DNA of 64,000 bases from Octopus vulgaris (lineage: Eukaryota), in contig OX597816.1 of assembly GCA_951406725.2 (NCBI GenBank), positions 166,904,001 to 166,968,000 of the forward strand, given 5' to 3'. Under the pieces are notes generated by a model that was given only the letters and a program-made list of their open reading frames with translations, had not been told where the DNA came from and searched no databases. Numbering within the stretch: position 1 is the first letter of the stretch; every line of letters starts with the position of its first letter. The translations under genes and the position numbers were made by a program. Below are positions 41,206-54,637 of the stretch, piece after piece.

Positions 41206-42789
41206 TCATGCCTGCTTTCCATGATAAGTTGGACAGATCATTATGGCCTGAACCAAATCTTATTTGGAGTTATTATTCTTCTAGATGAGTAGAAGACAAC
41301 ATCTTACTCATATGTTACATTGTGAGTGTAGTTTTTCAGCTGGATGCCCTTCCTAACACCAGCCACTTTCCAGAGTGTATTGGGCTGCATTTTATCATAG
41401 CACCATCACTACAGAGGTTGCCCTGTCTCAAGTAAAACCAAAGACTACTCTGTTCTCTGCATCATATGCACTAAAGTGACTCCCACCTCCAGCAAGGCTA
41501 AAGTGAGATGTCTCTGTGTTGTACCTTGTCATTCATTTCTTTCACTCAACAACTAGGTGAGAGGAGAGCTAAAGTGGAAGCATGATAGAAGAAAGAGTAA
41601 TGGAAAAAGACCAGAATATTAGAAGTGAGTGGGAAGAGAAAGTAGAAAGTATAATTAAAGAGAAAAGAATGTAAGAGAGCTGCATGAGAGTTGTTGGTGA
41701 GGAGGTTGAGTAAAAGCAACATGATCAAGAAGGAATAATAGAGAAAAATCAGATTAAGTGGGTGATATGAGAGAAAGGACCACAGAATGAGGTGATTCAA
41801 GAGAAAATAACATAGAGTACTAGTGAGAGAGGAACAGGAGGGTAACAAAATAGAGTGTAATTAAAGTGAAAGGAAGAGAGAGAGAGTATGTGTGAAAGAG
41901 ACTGATACAACTACAAGAGATTGGAAAACAGACAATTGGAGCCTGGTGCAGCTCTCCAGCTTGCTAGCTCCTGTCAAACCATCCAATCCATGCCACCACG
42001 GAAAACAGACGTAAAATTATGATGATGATGATGATGATGTGTGATATGAGGTGAGCAGAGAGGACTGCGTATTTTGCTGTCATCTATTTTGAGAGTGGTT
42101 GTGAAATCCTTAACTTCTAGGTTAATACAATTATAAATATCAACATGGAATTTTTTATACATATATGTTCTGGAGATGCAACGAGATAATAATCTTTATA
42201 AACATTTTTTTCTTTTAATCTAAACGATAAAGATTTCTATGTTTTTATCAGAATTAATAGATATCTTATCTTGGTTAGCCTAGAAATTCCTGCTACTCTT
42301 TTAAATGGCTCTGGAATTTGTTGTTCAGTTTCCAGAACTTGACATTTCTTATTAGATTAAATAAATCCATTTCAAATAATTCCAGATGTTTGTTTGGAGC
42401 TGGATTTTTGAGTGTCTTGGTTCCATACTAATCTCACCCATCTGTACCTGGTTCTCTCTTATCAAAGACGCAGGCTTTCAATCTCATTCTCTGGATGAAA
42501 TTTTCTATGTTTATTTTTTTAAAGAATGCTTTTAAATGATATTTCACAGAAGAAACCAGGATAATAGTTGGAGAGTGTAGGAGATTGTTTTGCATTCAGC
42601 TGTTTCAATCTGTTTTATTTCTTTATGATGAGCAGTGATGGATGGCATCACTGTAAACACTTAGACATAAAGATTTCACAAGAGAGAGGGGTGAGGGGGG
42701 TGAGGGGAGGAAGAGAGAGGGGGAGAGGGAGGGGAGCGAGAATGTAGTTGAGAGAGAGAGGAGGAGAAAGAGAAAGAAAGTGATAGTGA

Positions 42790-42980
42790 GTGAAAGAGGG
42801 AGAAAAGGAGTAACAGAAAGAGAGGGAGTGAGAAAGAGAAGGAGTGAGAAAGAGAGGGGTGAGTAAGAGAGGACGGGAGAAAGAGAGGAAGTGAGAAAGA
42901 GAGGGAATGAGAAAGAGAGGGAGTGAGAAAGAGAGGGAGTGAGGAAGAGAAGGAGGGAGAAAGAGAGGGAGTGAGAAAGT
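42790..42980. repeat. purine-rich 16-bp minisatellite (GAGGGAGTGAGAAAGA)n
   Basis: Directly visible. Confidence 0.85.
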
Positions 42981-43941
42981 TCTGAGCATGTTTTGAAGTT
43001 TAACAATATTTTTTCTCATCATGCATTCACTTATTCACATTCTTGTTTCACCATCTTGTTACTTTAATATTGAAATACTTTGTAATATTTGGGCACAAAT
43101 GAGAATTTGGGAATGGCTTTAGCTCAGAACACCAACAACTAATACTATTGAAATGTGCCACTATTTCTTTTCATTTCATCCAAAGTATTTCATCCAAAGT
43201 ATTTCAATCGTATGCCCCAGCCCCTTCTTCAATCCCTGATAATGAAGAGATAAAAATACCGTGTTTTTGCACAGACAAAATACAATGTACTGCATTTTAG
43301 GCAATTGTATTTTTTTTGGTTTTCACCCTCTTTCATTACAATCCTGGAATCAAATGGGCATCATGGAGTGATAAGTAAGCAACTTCGCTTTTCCTTATCA
43401 AAATTGTTATTTCTGGTCTGTTATTTTTTAACTTCTTGTCCATTTGAATAGGAAAATCTCACAAGATCTTACATTTCTCCAACTCCAGTACTCTTTCAAC
43501 CAGATGATTGTACCATGTGTTTCCAGTTTCAAATCTCCATTTCTGATTATCAGTATCATCATCATCCTCATCATTATTATGTGCTTTTCTTCTTCCTTCA
43601 ATCTTCTTTCTATCTTGCTGAGTGTCTTCCTAACACCTGGGGCAAAGAAACTCACTATGTACATTGATAAGCCACTGAAATAAACACACCAGATTCTTCA
43701 TTTATAAAAATCAAATAAAGTTACGCAAAATTAAAACCCAGGATGGTACCACACTCAGTATAGACCTGTGAATTGGAGGAAAGGAGTTTGAGGGGGCACT
43801 TGTCGTTGGTATTCAGGGTGATCTTGGATGGTGGGGTTCCTCAATTATCCCTAGAGGTCCTCCAATATCAGGCACAGTTTCCATATTATTATTATCATTA
43901 TTATTATTTTTATTACTACTACTACTACAACTATTATTATC

Positions 43942-43992
<51 letters not shown>

Positions 43993-45455
43993 GCCTTTGC
44001 ACAGCTTCTAACGCTGGAGATGTACTACAGTGTCAGCTGTTCACTATCAGTAAACTAAGGTAACAGCCCTTATTTTTCGAGCACCTTCCAGAGTATTCAA
44101 GCAGTTCCAAGCAGTGCTGTTTTCTGCAAGTGCTTCACCCTTATTTGTTCCATGTACTTCTCAAGATTTTTACTTACTGTTCCCAGGGCTCCGACAATTA
44201 TCAGTACTACTACCAACTTTTTCATCAACCACAACTGTTTAACCTCCCAAAATAATCTGTCATATCTATCGACTTTTCTTTCTTCCTTATCGCATACCTT
44301 GTTGTCAGCTGGTCATGCTATATCTATGATAGTTTGCTTTCCCTCTCAATTAAGACTATGTCTGGTTTCCTATTCTCTATCTCATGGTCGCACTGAATCA
44401 TAAAATCCCATAGGCTCTTTGCATATCTATTTTCGATTATGCCTTCAGGTTTGTGGTTGTACCAAGTTTTTGCTCTGTCAAGTCCATACTTGTAGAGTGT
44501 CCAATGGACATGCTCTGTTGTTTTCTTCCGCTCTAATGCTGTGTTCACATCCAATAAGTCCTCTTCCCTCTCTTTTTCTTGGTACATACAGTCTGTCTGT
44601 GTCCCTTTTTGGGTGGAGTGTTCCATACCTGGTTAGTAACTTCCTTGTCTTTCTGTCTAAGCAGTTTAGTTCATTTACTGTCCATGTGATTACCCCTGCT
44701 CCATATCTAAGGAGTGAAGCCACCCAGGTGTTGATAGCTTCAATCTTATTCCGTCCGTTTAATTTCAACTTAAGGATCAGTCTCAGTCTGCGCAAGTACT
44801 CCACCTTATATTTTTCTGACATTTCTTTCTCCATCAATCTATCCATTTCCAATATCCCCAAGTACTTATAGCCTGTCTCTTCTACTTGCTTCATAACCTT
44901 CCCCAACAGTATCGTTAGCCTGTCCATACATTTGATTTTGCCTATCTTTAAGACTAACACACCACACTTTCTCAGTCTGAACTCCATTCTGATATCAGAA
45001 GGTATGCATTGTATCGATGAGGGAACTGACTTGGGCTTCATCTTTACCATAAAGTTTGAGGTCATCCATGAATAACAAATGGTTGACTTCTTGTTGGCAG
45101 CTTTTGAATACATTGCGGCATCAAGCACAGTGCAAAGATCAGTGGAGACAAGCAGTTCCCTTGGAAGATGCCCCTCCTGATTTCTACTGTCTCTAAACTT
45201 CTTCCGTATGCCATCAGGTCCGTCCTCCAATTCACCACACTTTTTCCAAGCAATCGCTCAACATTCGATACAATACCAAATAGGTTCATACATTCCATAA
45301 TCCAAGAATGTGGGATCATATCATATGCCTTATGATAGTCGATCCATGACGTGGCTAAGTTACTTTTCCTCCTCTTGCAGTCTCTAAGTACAGTTTTGTC
45401 TATCAAGAGTTGATCCTTGGTACCTCTGCACTTACGCTTGCAACCTTTCTGCTCA
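43993..45455 (-). mobile_element. R4/Dong-like non-LTR retrotransposon (RT plus restriction-like endonuclease), 5'-truncated and frameshifted
   Basis: EQKGC...[104 protein letters not shown]; 3' end abuts (TAA)n at 43883-43992. Confidence 0.92.
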
Positions 45456-46004
45456 TATAATACAACACAGACATTTAAATTGACAGGGTTTTTCTAAAGA
45501 TGTGGGCAGTACTTGTCAGCACAATCTTTTGGATTTCTCTGAGACATGGTTCTCCTGGGATGTTATCTAGATGCTTCTGACATTACTTTTTTATCATACC
45601 TAGGGCACCTACAATAACAGGAACAGTTCTCACTTATATGTGTATAAGTCCTTAGTTGAAAAATACCTGTTGTTATGTCCTGTTATTTGTATTTGTGTAA
45701 CATTATCCATTTTTTTTGTGTCCTTGTTTCCATAGACATTCGCTGCTTTCTTCCAAGGAATCTAATGCTCTTAGCTTAGTTTTTCCTTGAGGCTGGCCAG
45801 ATTGGAGCAATCTCGAGTATAACCAGCTGAAATTGCAAAGATAATCTAGAACTTGACTGAGGAAAGAAAACTCCAACTGACCCGTCCTTGTTTTCTTTGT
45901 ATCATCTATCTGGATATTTTGTTGTTCCTTTTTTGTATCACCTATCTGGATGTTTTGTGTTTTTGTCCCATTTTGTATTTTTTATATATATGTATGTATA
46001 TGTG

Positions 46005-46066
<62 letters not shown>

Positions 46067-46084
46067 TTTTATTCATTTACTTTT

Positions 46085-46402
46085 ATCCTTTTACTTGTTT
46101 CAGCCATTTGATTGCAGCCATGCTGGAGCACTGCCTTTAGTCGAACAAATGAAGCCCAGGACTTATTCTTTGTAAGCCTAGTACTTTTTTCTGTTAGGGT
46201 CTTTTGCCAAACCGCTAAGTTACGGGACATAAGCACACCAACATCAGTTGTCAAGTGATGGAGGGGAGAACAAACACAGACACACACAAATATATATGAC
46301 AGGCTTCTTTCAGTTTCCATCTACCAAATCCACTCACAAGGCTTTGGTCGGCCCGAGGCTATAGTAGAAGACACTTGCCCAAGGTGCCACATAGTGGGAC
46401 TC
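46085..46402 (-). mobile_element. SINE family C, head-truncated
   Basis: Reverse complement of family C. Confidence 0.82.
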
Positions 46403-46665
46403 AACTCTTTTGTCTTTTATATGTTTCAATCATTAGACTGAGGCCATTCTGGGGCACTGACTTGAAGAATTTTAGTTGAACAAATTGAACCCAGTACTTT
46501 GATTTTTGAGCCTGGCATATATGTGTGTGTGTGAGTGTGTGTGTAAAACCCTGTCTCAAATATCCTTCTCCTCCATCTAACCCATGCTAGTGTAGTAAAA
46601 CTGGTTCTATATATTTCTAATGATTTTGTCATGTCCATTCATTCATCATCATCATCATCATCATC

Positions 46666-47030
46666 ATTTAATGTCTGTTGTCTGTGCTGTCATGGGTTGG
46701 CAGGTTTGACCAGGGCTGGCAAGTTGGAAGGCTGCACCAGACTCCAGTCTGATTTGGCATAGATTTCTATGTCAAGATGCCCTTCCTAATACCAACCACT
46801 CTGAGAATGTAATGAGTAATTCTATGTGCAACTGGCATGGGTGCCATTTGCATGACACTGGTACCACGACTGCGATTTTGCTCGGCTTGATGAGTCTTCT
46901 TCTCAAGCACAACATAATGCCATAGGTCTTGATCATTGCCTTTGTGAGGCCCAATTCTCAAAAGGAGCTTAGCCACATTGCCTCCCTGAGGCCCAATGCT
47001 CAAAAGGAACTCAGCCACTTTGCCTCCTAT
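46666..47030 (-). mobile_element. RTE-type LINE 3' end
   Basis: GLTKAMI remnant plus the shared 3' UTR and (GAT)n tail. Confidence 0.72.
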
Positions 47031-47301
47031 TCTTGAAATTATTGTAAAGTGCCAAGTTGCATTCATTTTCAGGTTCTCACATGTTAAGAAGAATGGAAGA
47101 ATTGTGCAAATTATGGAGATTAGAATACTTTTAAAGAACCAACAAACTACCAACTACAAATGCATAAATGAAATAGCAGTATTACCTGCTCACTTGTCAG
47201 CTTAGCTGACTGAGGCAAGCAGAGTTATATACCTTGGCTTTGGGGCACACTTTAATCTCTCAGTTGCAATATCTCACCAGTGTTTTTATTTGTTGGGTCT
47301 A

Positions 47302-47833
47302 CCTTTGAACATTGGGCCTCACAGTGGCAATGGCAGGAGACCAAGACCTTTGGAGATATGCTGTGGTTGAGAAGACCTGGCAACTAAAGTGAGATCGCAG
47401 CCATGCATGTCTGGCCCAGTTAAGAGTACTCCTGATGTGTTGGGCGATATGATGTGCTTGAGAAGACCTGTTCAGTCAAATAAAACCAATATCATAGCCC
47501 TGACTGGCTCCTGTGCTAGTGGCATGTAAAAAGCACCACCTGAACGTGGGTGATATCAGTACCCCCCGACAGGCCCCTGTGCCAGTGGCACGTTAACAGC
47601 ACTATCCAAACGTGACCGATGCCAGGGCCTCCTAACTGGCTCCTGTGCTGGTGGCACATATAAAGCACACACTACACTTTCGGAGTGGTGGGCGTGTTAG
47701 GAAGAACATCCAGCTGTAGAAACATTGCCTGATCGAAGTGGAACCTAGTGCAGCCATTGGCTCTCCAGACCTCAGTCAAACTGTCCAACCCATGCCAGCA
47801 CAGAAAAACGGACGTCAAACGATGATGATGATG
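47302..47833 (+). mobile_element. RTE-type LINE 3' end with ~60-bp internal tandem units
   Basis: TTGGGCCTCACAGTGGCAATG, then three CTGGCTCCTGTGC...GTGGCA...AAAGCAC units, then the common tail. Confidence 0.75.
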
Positions 47834-48158
47834 ATTATTATTTCACCTCAGAAAAGAACAATCAAAATGATAAGATTTTAAAGAAACAAAAGGTGAAGAA
47901 GAAAAACAACAGAAAGTGAAAAATAAGTTCATGATTTGAAGCAGACATTCCAGTAACATGATTAACATTCCACACATTGCTACACACACATACACACGCA
48001 CACACACAAAACAAAATACAATATGTAGTCTTTTGTTACAAAAGGTAATGAAATAGAGCAGCAACATCAGCAGCAGCAAGTCGAATGATCTCGATCACCT
48101 GAGACATGACATCGACATACCACAACTGATGATAATAATGATGGTAATGATGATGATT

Positions 48159-48196
<38 letters not shown>

Positions 48197-48959
48197 ACTG
48201 ATGATGATGACAATGGTAGCAACAAAAACAATATCGGTGAGTGTCATTCTATACAAAGTATTTTAGTTTAGGCTGTGTGGTAAGAAGTTTGCTTCCCAAC
48301 CACATGGTTCCGGGTTCAGTCCCACTGCATGGCACATTTTGGGCAAGTGTCTTCTACTATAGCCCTAGGCCAAACAAAGCCTTGTGAGTGGATCTGGTAG
48401 AAGAAAACTGAAAGAAGCCCATCGTGTTGTTGTTGTTTTTAAGCAACAAGACGGGTAAGGGTGATTAGGTGATGGTCTAGGGCTTAGGGGCGGGAGACCC
48501 CAGACCTTGAAAAAAAGAAACAAAAAAACTTTGGTCGTCTTGTTTTAGTCGAGGGCTCTTCGTTGACGCCTGACACCACTGGGAGGAGGCCTTCGAAGTC
48601 GCTGGAAATGGAGATCTCCATGTCCAAATTCTTGAACGGCAAGCCCATCGTGTGTGTGTGTGTCTGTGTTTGTCCCTCACCACGGCTTGTCCTTCACCAA
48701 TGTTGGTGTATTTATGTCTCCCATAACTTAGCAGTCCAACAAAAGAGACTGAGAGAATAAATACCAGGCTTTAAAAAAGAAAGTACATAAGGTTTTGTGC
48801 AATAAATTGGTCATCCTTCTGCAATATACAAGATATGTTTTTATACAATTCCTAATAATATTTAACCCTTTAGAATTCTGATGTAATGCTTATTTGTTTA
48901 CACTATTCTGAGTTAGTCATGCATTATGTTGTAGCCTTGAGATTTTGGTGAGGTGGTTC

Positions 48960-49367
48960 TTTTACTCTTTTACTTGTTTCAGTCATTTGACTGCGGCCAT
49001 GCCAGAGCATCACCTTTAGTCGAGCAAATTGACCCCCGGGACTTATTCATTGTAAGCCTAGTACTTAATCTATCGGTCTCTTTTGCTGAACTGCAAAGTT
49101 ATGGGGGACATAAACACACCAGCATCGGTTGTTAAGTGATGTTAGGGCGTACAAACACAGACACACAAACATATACACACACATACATATATATACATAT
49201 ACATAATGGGCTTCTTTCAGTTTCCGTCTACCAAATCTACTCACAAGGCTTTGGTCGTCCCGAGACTATAGTAGAAGACACTTGCCCAAGGTGCCATGCA
49301 GTGGGACTGAACCTGGAACCATGTGGTTAGTAAGCAAGCTACTTACCACACAGCCACTCCTGCACCT
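48960..49367 (-). mobile_element. SINE family C, full length
   Basis: Reverse complement of 18557-18953. Confidence 0.87.
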
Positions 49368-49927
49368 ATTGTATATTTTTACAGTAATATGGCATGGTAG
49401 ATGTCAGCAGTTGGACCTTAGATGGTTTGACAGGAGCTGGCCAGACTCCAATTGTCTGTTGTGGTATATTTGCCAGTGTCATGTAAACAGCACCTATTAC
49501 ACTCTTGGAGTGGTTGGCATAAGGAAAGGCATCCAGCCATAGAAGCCATGCCAAATCAGACTGGAATCTGGTGCAGCTCCTTCACTTACCAGTTCCAGTC
49601 AAATTGTCGAACCCATGCGAACATGGAAAATGGACATTAAATGATGATGATGATGATAATGATATATAAATACACACACACATCACCATCATTTTTCGTG
49701 CAAGCATGAATCAGATGGAGTTTGTTGAAGCAGATTTTCTACAGCTGTATGTCCTTCTTGTTACCAGCTCTCATCTGTAATATGTAATATTTCACCATGG
49801 TCAGACATATTAAAGACAGCACAACATTGGAAATGACTAACACCGTTTGTATGACAATGACAAACATCTATAACTATCATGCAATGTCATGTGAGTACAT
49901 GTTCATACGTGTGTGAGTGTGTATGTA

Positions 49928-50494
49928 TTGGGTTGTCCAGAAAGTTCATGCCGATTTTTAAAGGAAAGAAAAAGGTCAATAAATTCTTGCCATTACATTT
50001 TTAATCAACCAAATATGAACCATTTTGTTGCACAATGCATCTCCATCTTTCCTTTAGCTTGAAAATACCCTCTTCCCAGAATTGAGGTGATTTCATGGCA
50101 AACAGTTCATCAAAGTATCTTTTTACGTCATTCAAGGAATTGAAATTTTTACTATTAAGACTATTTTACAGAGACCTGAATAAATGGAAATCCGAAGGAG
50201 CAATATCTGGTTAATATGGAGAGTGGGGCAACACAACCCAGCCGAGCCGCAGCAATTTTTGTCTGGTTCCCAAAGCATCAAGTGCTGAAAATGAACTTTC
50301 TTATCTTCCATTTTAATGGGTTACAGAATTAATACAGGTTATAGGAACATAATCGTTCTTCCACGAAAAGATAGCTTAAATTGTGCTCTAAATGGAGGTG
50401 GTAGTCAAATCCTATTTTATGGACTCAACCATGTTCTAAAATAAGTCGAAATGTAAGCTACTATAAATCAGCATGAACTTTCCGGACAACCCAA
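49928..50494 (-). mobile_element. internally deleted mariner (DD34D-type), non-autonomous
   Basis: 30-bp TIRs TTGGGTTGTCC(A/G)GAAAGTTCATGC(C/T)GATTT at 49928-49957 and 50465-50494, TA flanks; MEDKKVHFQHLMLW joined to TRQKLLRLGWVVLPHSPY*PDIAPSDFHLFRSL...GIFKLKERWRCIVQQNGSYL. Confidence 0.93.
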
Positions 50495-51304
50495 TACAAT
50501 GGTATTTTCAGTTTCCATCCAAGAATTTCACTCACAAAGAATTGTTTGGCCTGGGGATATAATAAAAGACACTTACCAAAAACAAATGACTTAACCATAC
50601 TACTATACCTGCTTCTAAATTAATAAGTAATTAATGAAAATTCCAAGACGAAACAAGAAATTGGAGCCAAATGTTTGCTGCTTTTCTTGATATAACATTT
50701 CCAAAATGTTAGGCACCACATTGTATTTCAAACCACAGACTGAAGAATTTTATTGGTTAAGAATGGCTATCTGCACAGACATGGCAGTATGGTTAAAATG
50801 TTTACTTCTCAACCACGTATTTTGAGTTCAGTCCCAATGTGTGGCACCTTGGACAAGTATCTTCTTCAATAAGGTTGGGCCTACCAAAGCCTTGGGATTA
50901 AATTTGGTATACAGAAACTGAAAGAAGCTTGTTACATATATAACCTTTCAGATGAGATGACAAAGGACCGAGATACCTGGCACCTTGCCGTACTCAAGAA
51001 AGCCCATCCTCCACAGTAAAAGTGTTAAGGCCACATCTCCCAGTGTTGGGGATTGGTCTGCAAAAGTCCTGTTCTGGTGCCACGTTAAAAGCACCCAGCA
51101 CATATTGTAAAGTAGTAAAGTAGTTGGCATTAGGAAGGGCATCCAGCTATAGAAACCAAACCAAATCAGACTGGAACCTGGTGCAGTTTCCCAGCTTGCC
51201 AGCACTGGTCAAACCGTCCAACCCACACCAGCATGGAAAACAGATGTTAAAGGACAATGAAGATGTTGATAATGATATATATATATATATATATATATAA
51301 GTCC

Positions 51305-51702
51305 ACCTGACTGACTTCCTTGCCGGTGGCACATAAAAAGTGCCATCTGAACATGGCTGATGCCAGTACCCACTGACTGGATCCCATGCCAGTGGTACAT
51401 AAAAAGCACCATCTGGACATGGTCAATGCCAGTATCCCCTAACTAGCTCCCGTGCCGGTGGCACGTAAAAATCACTATCTGAACGTGATCGATGCCAGGG
51501 ACACCTGACTGGTTCTGGTGCTGTTGGCATGTAAAAAGCACCCACTACACTCTCGGAGTGGTTGGCGTTAGGAAGGGCATCCAGCTGTAGAAACACTGCC
51601 AGATCAGATTGGAGCCTGGTGCAGCTTCTGACTCTCCTGACTTCAGTCAAACTGTCCAACTCATGCCAGCATAGAAAACAGATGTTAAATGATGATGATG
51701 AT
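51305..51702 (+). mobile_element. RTE-type 3' UTR with four ~62-bp tandem units
   Basis: Units ACTGGNTCCCGTGCCGGTGGCACATAAAAAGCACCATCTGAAC..., followed by the common tail and (GAT)n. Confidence 0.75.
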
Positions 51703-52387
51703 GATAATGATATATATATTCTTTTATATATGTGTGTGTGTATAAACCTACATACATACACATATATCTACATATACATACACATACACACACACACACA
51801 TATGTTTATGTATATATATATATATGTGTGTGGTATGTGTGTTTTGTGTATACCTTTGTATTGATATCATGTTATGTAAACAATTTAGTTCATTTCCAGT
51901 CTTCTGTGAAAACATGTCTGGCCATAAGGAAATATTGCCTTACCTGGAAACAGATGAGTATGACAGGAAAGGTATCTGGCAGCAGAAAATCTGTCTCAAT
52001 AAATTCTGTATGATGCACGCATGCATTAAATGACGACAACGATGATGATGATGAAAGAAACCTTACTAATTGATTAGGTTTAATTAAGAAAATTAAGTAG
52101 ATTTCATAGAAGACCATTCTGTATAAAACCCGTAAAGAAGATCAAAAGCAAGATTTATTTGTGATGTTTTATTTGAGATTGTTGCATTAATGTTTGATAT
52201 TAGCTATCAAAGAAATACCAACGCTGTTAAAGGAGGTTTTTGCTTCTGTGTTGAAAGTGTGTTCATTCTGTTGTTAAAATTTTTAAAAAAAAGACAAAAT
52301 GTTTCACAGAATTCCTAAAAATACAAAAATATTGATATAAAAACTTTAGAATAAATTGTAATAATAACAATAATAATAATAATAATA

Positions 52388-52626
52388 ATTGTCATCAGAG
52401 CATTGGGTTCAGTAACAGCCAATCTGAAAAAACATTTGAAAACCTTAGAAATACCCTACAATCTATGTGTATTGCAAAAGTCGGTATCACTTGGAACTGC
52501 ACACATATTGCGTAAAGTATTGTCTGTCTGAGGTCCTTGTTGTGACTTGACAAACAGTACAAACCACCGGTAGACACAATATCTTCAATCGACAACCTCA
52601 CAATATTGTATGCTGTGCGATACCTA
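52388..52626 (+). mobile_element. R4/Dong-like LINE 3' fragment flanked by (TAA)n on both sides
   Basis: IVIRALGSVTANLKKHLKTLEIPYNLCVLQKSVSLGTAHILRKVLSV*; related fragment at ~53745-54015. Confidence 0.8.
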
Positions 52627-52653
52627 TAATAATAATAATAATTATTATTATGA

Positions 52654-52989
52654 TGGGGGAGCATCATAGCCATGTGTTGAGAGGGATTCTTTGGGGTTTG
52701 AATAATTCACCTCTGGAAACATGGGTGGTTCTTTCAACATCCTTAAACAACCCTTATTCAGGGACCTTTTAAGCGGGATGGGCTACTCAACCTGAAGAAA
52801 ATTCTAACTGGGCCCCACCTGCAAGGTCATGTGCTGTTTATCTTGATATGAGATCACCATGTCGCGCACATATGGTTGTGATGCATGTGCCTGGTGTACC
52901 CTTATCAGACGGGTAGTCATGATGGGTATATTGGGCTTCGTATATTTTACCCCAGTGTCACTTTGATGGCATGAACTGCTCTCTCACTC

Positions 52990-52990
<1 letters not shown>
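52654..52990 (+). mobile_element. interspersed repeat with (TAA)n tail (LINE 3' UTR-like); second copy at ~53489-53740
   Basis: TCTGGAAACATGG...CCCTTATTCAGGGACCTTTT...ACCCCAGTGTCACT is shared by both loci. Confidence 0.75.
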
Positions 52991-53036
<46 letters not shown>

Positions 53037-53059
53037 TTTTATTAATTTGTATGTATATA

Positions 53060-53109
<50 letters not shown>

Positions 53110-54586
53110 TTCACTGAAATTTAGCAGAAGCAACAGACTGACTCAAGGTCTGAGAGTTTCATGCATTGGCACTTAGGTGCCAACACGTGAGTCATTCTGT
53201 TGCTTCTGCTGGGGGTTGGTGAAAATATACATATACTTGTAATTTGAGTTAGTTTTCCTGTAGACACACCCTGGTGTCACACAAATGGCACCTGTACCGG
53301 TGGCACATAAAAGCACCCATTACACTCTCGGAGTGGTTGGCATTAGGAAGGGCATCCAACCATAGAAAACCATGCCAAATCAACTAGATCCCGACGCAAC
53401 CTTCCAGCGTGCCAGCCGAGCCAAACCATCCAACCCATGCCAGTATGGACAATGGATGTTAAATGATGATGATGATGATAATATGACTTCTGGAAACATG
53501 GATGTTTTGTTGATCGTCTTTAAACAAACCTTATTCAGGGACCTTTTGAGCGGGATGGGCTACTCAGCCTGAAGAAAATTCTACCTGGGCCCCACCTGCA
53601 AGGTCATGTGCTGTTTATCTTGATATGAAGTCACCATGCCATGCAGTTATGCTTGTGATGCATGTGGCTGGTGTACTCTTATCAGACGGGTAGTCAAGAT
53701 GGGTATATTGGGCTTCGTATATTTGTACCCCAGTGTCACTCCAAATTGAAAGTGGAAATGGCAAGACTGTAAGGAATGTGAGAGGGTAAGGTAAAAGTGA
53801 TTCCAGTGGTGATTGGAGTGTTGGCATCAATCCCATTGAAACTTCAAGACTTCTTAAGGCAACTGGAAATCCCATGCAAGATTAATGTCTTGCAAATAGC
53901 AGCCTTATTGGGCACAGTACACATCTTAAGGAAAGTATTATTTGTCTGAGGTCCTTGTTGTGACTTCTTAGATGACTAAAGACTCCAGTGCATTTTTACT
54001 TACATTGTGTTACAAAGGAATGATAATAATAAAAATAATAATAATATTCACACAAGCATTTATATATTGTTATTGTTTTCATATTGAGTTACAAAATCAT
54101 CAAATACATTATGGTGTTGTTCAATATTTGTTTTTCATGAAAGTTTATGGACAAAACAACTACCAGCATAAATTACTAACAATATGATAACCAATAATAA
54201 TAACAATAATAATAGTAATAATAATGACGATTTCTTTATTAACCACAAAAGGTTTACAATTAGAAATGGCACAGTATGATGATAATAATAATAATAACAA
54301 TATCAATTCCATCATTTCATTGTACAAGAGTCACCTATGTAATCAGAAAGCAGAAAGCATGGAGCATATTGTAAGCAGGTTGCAAAATTTCGGCTCAGGA
54401 AGACTGCAAGCAACATCAGGATAACAAGATAATGTTTGTCTCAATTTACACTGGTTCAGTCCCAGGTCGTGGTACTTAAAGCAATGTCTTCTACTGTAGC
54501 CTCAGGCCAGCCAAAGCCTTGTGATTGGATCTGGTAACTGAAAAAAGCTCATTTCATATGTGTGTGCATGTGTGTTTATATAGGTG

Positions 54587-54618
<32 letters not shown>

Positions 54619-54637
54619 TCTTATTGAAATATATATA

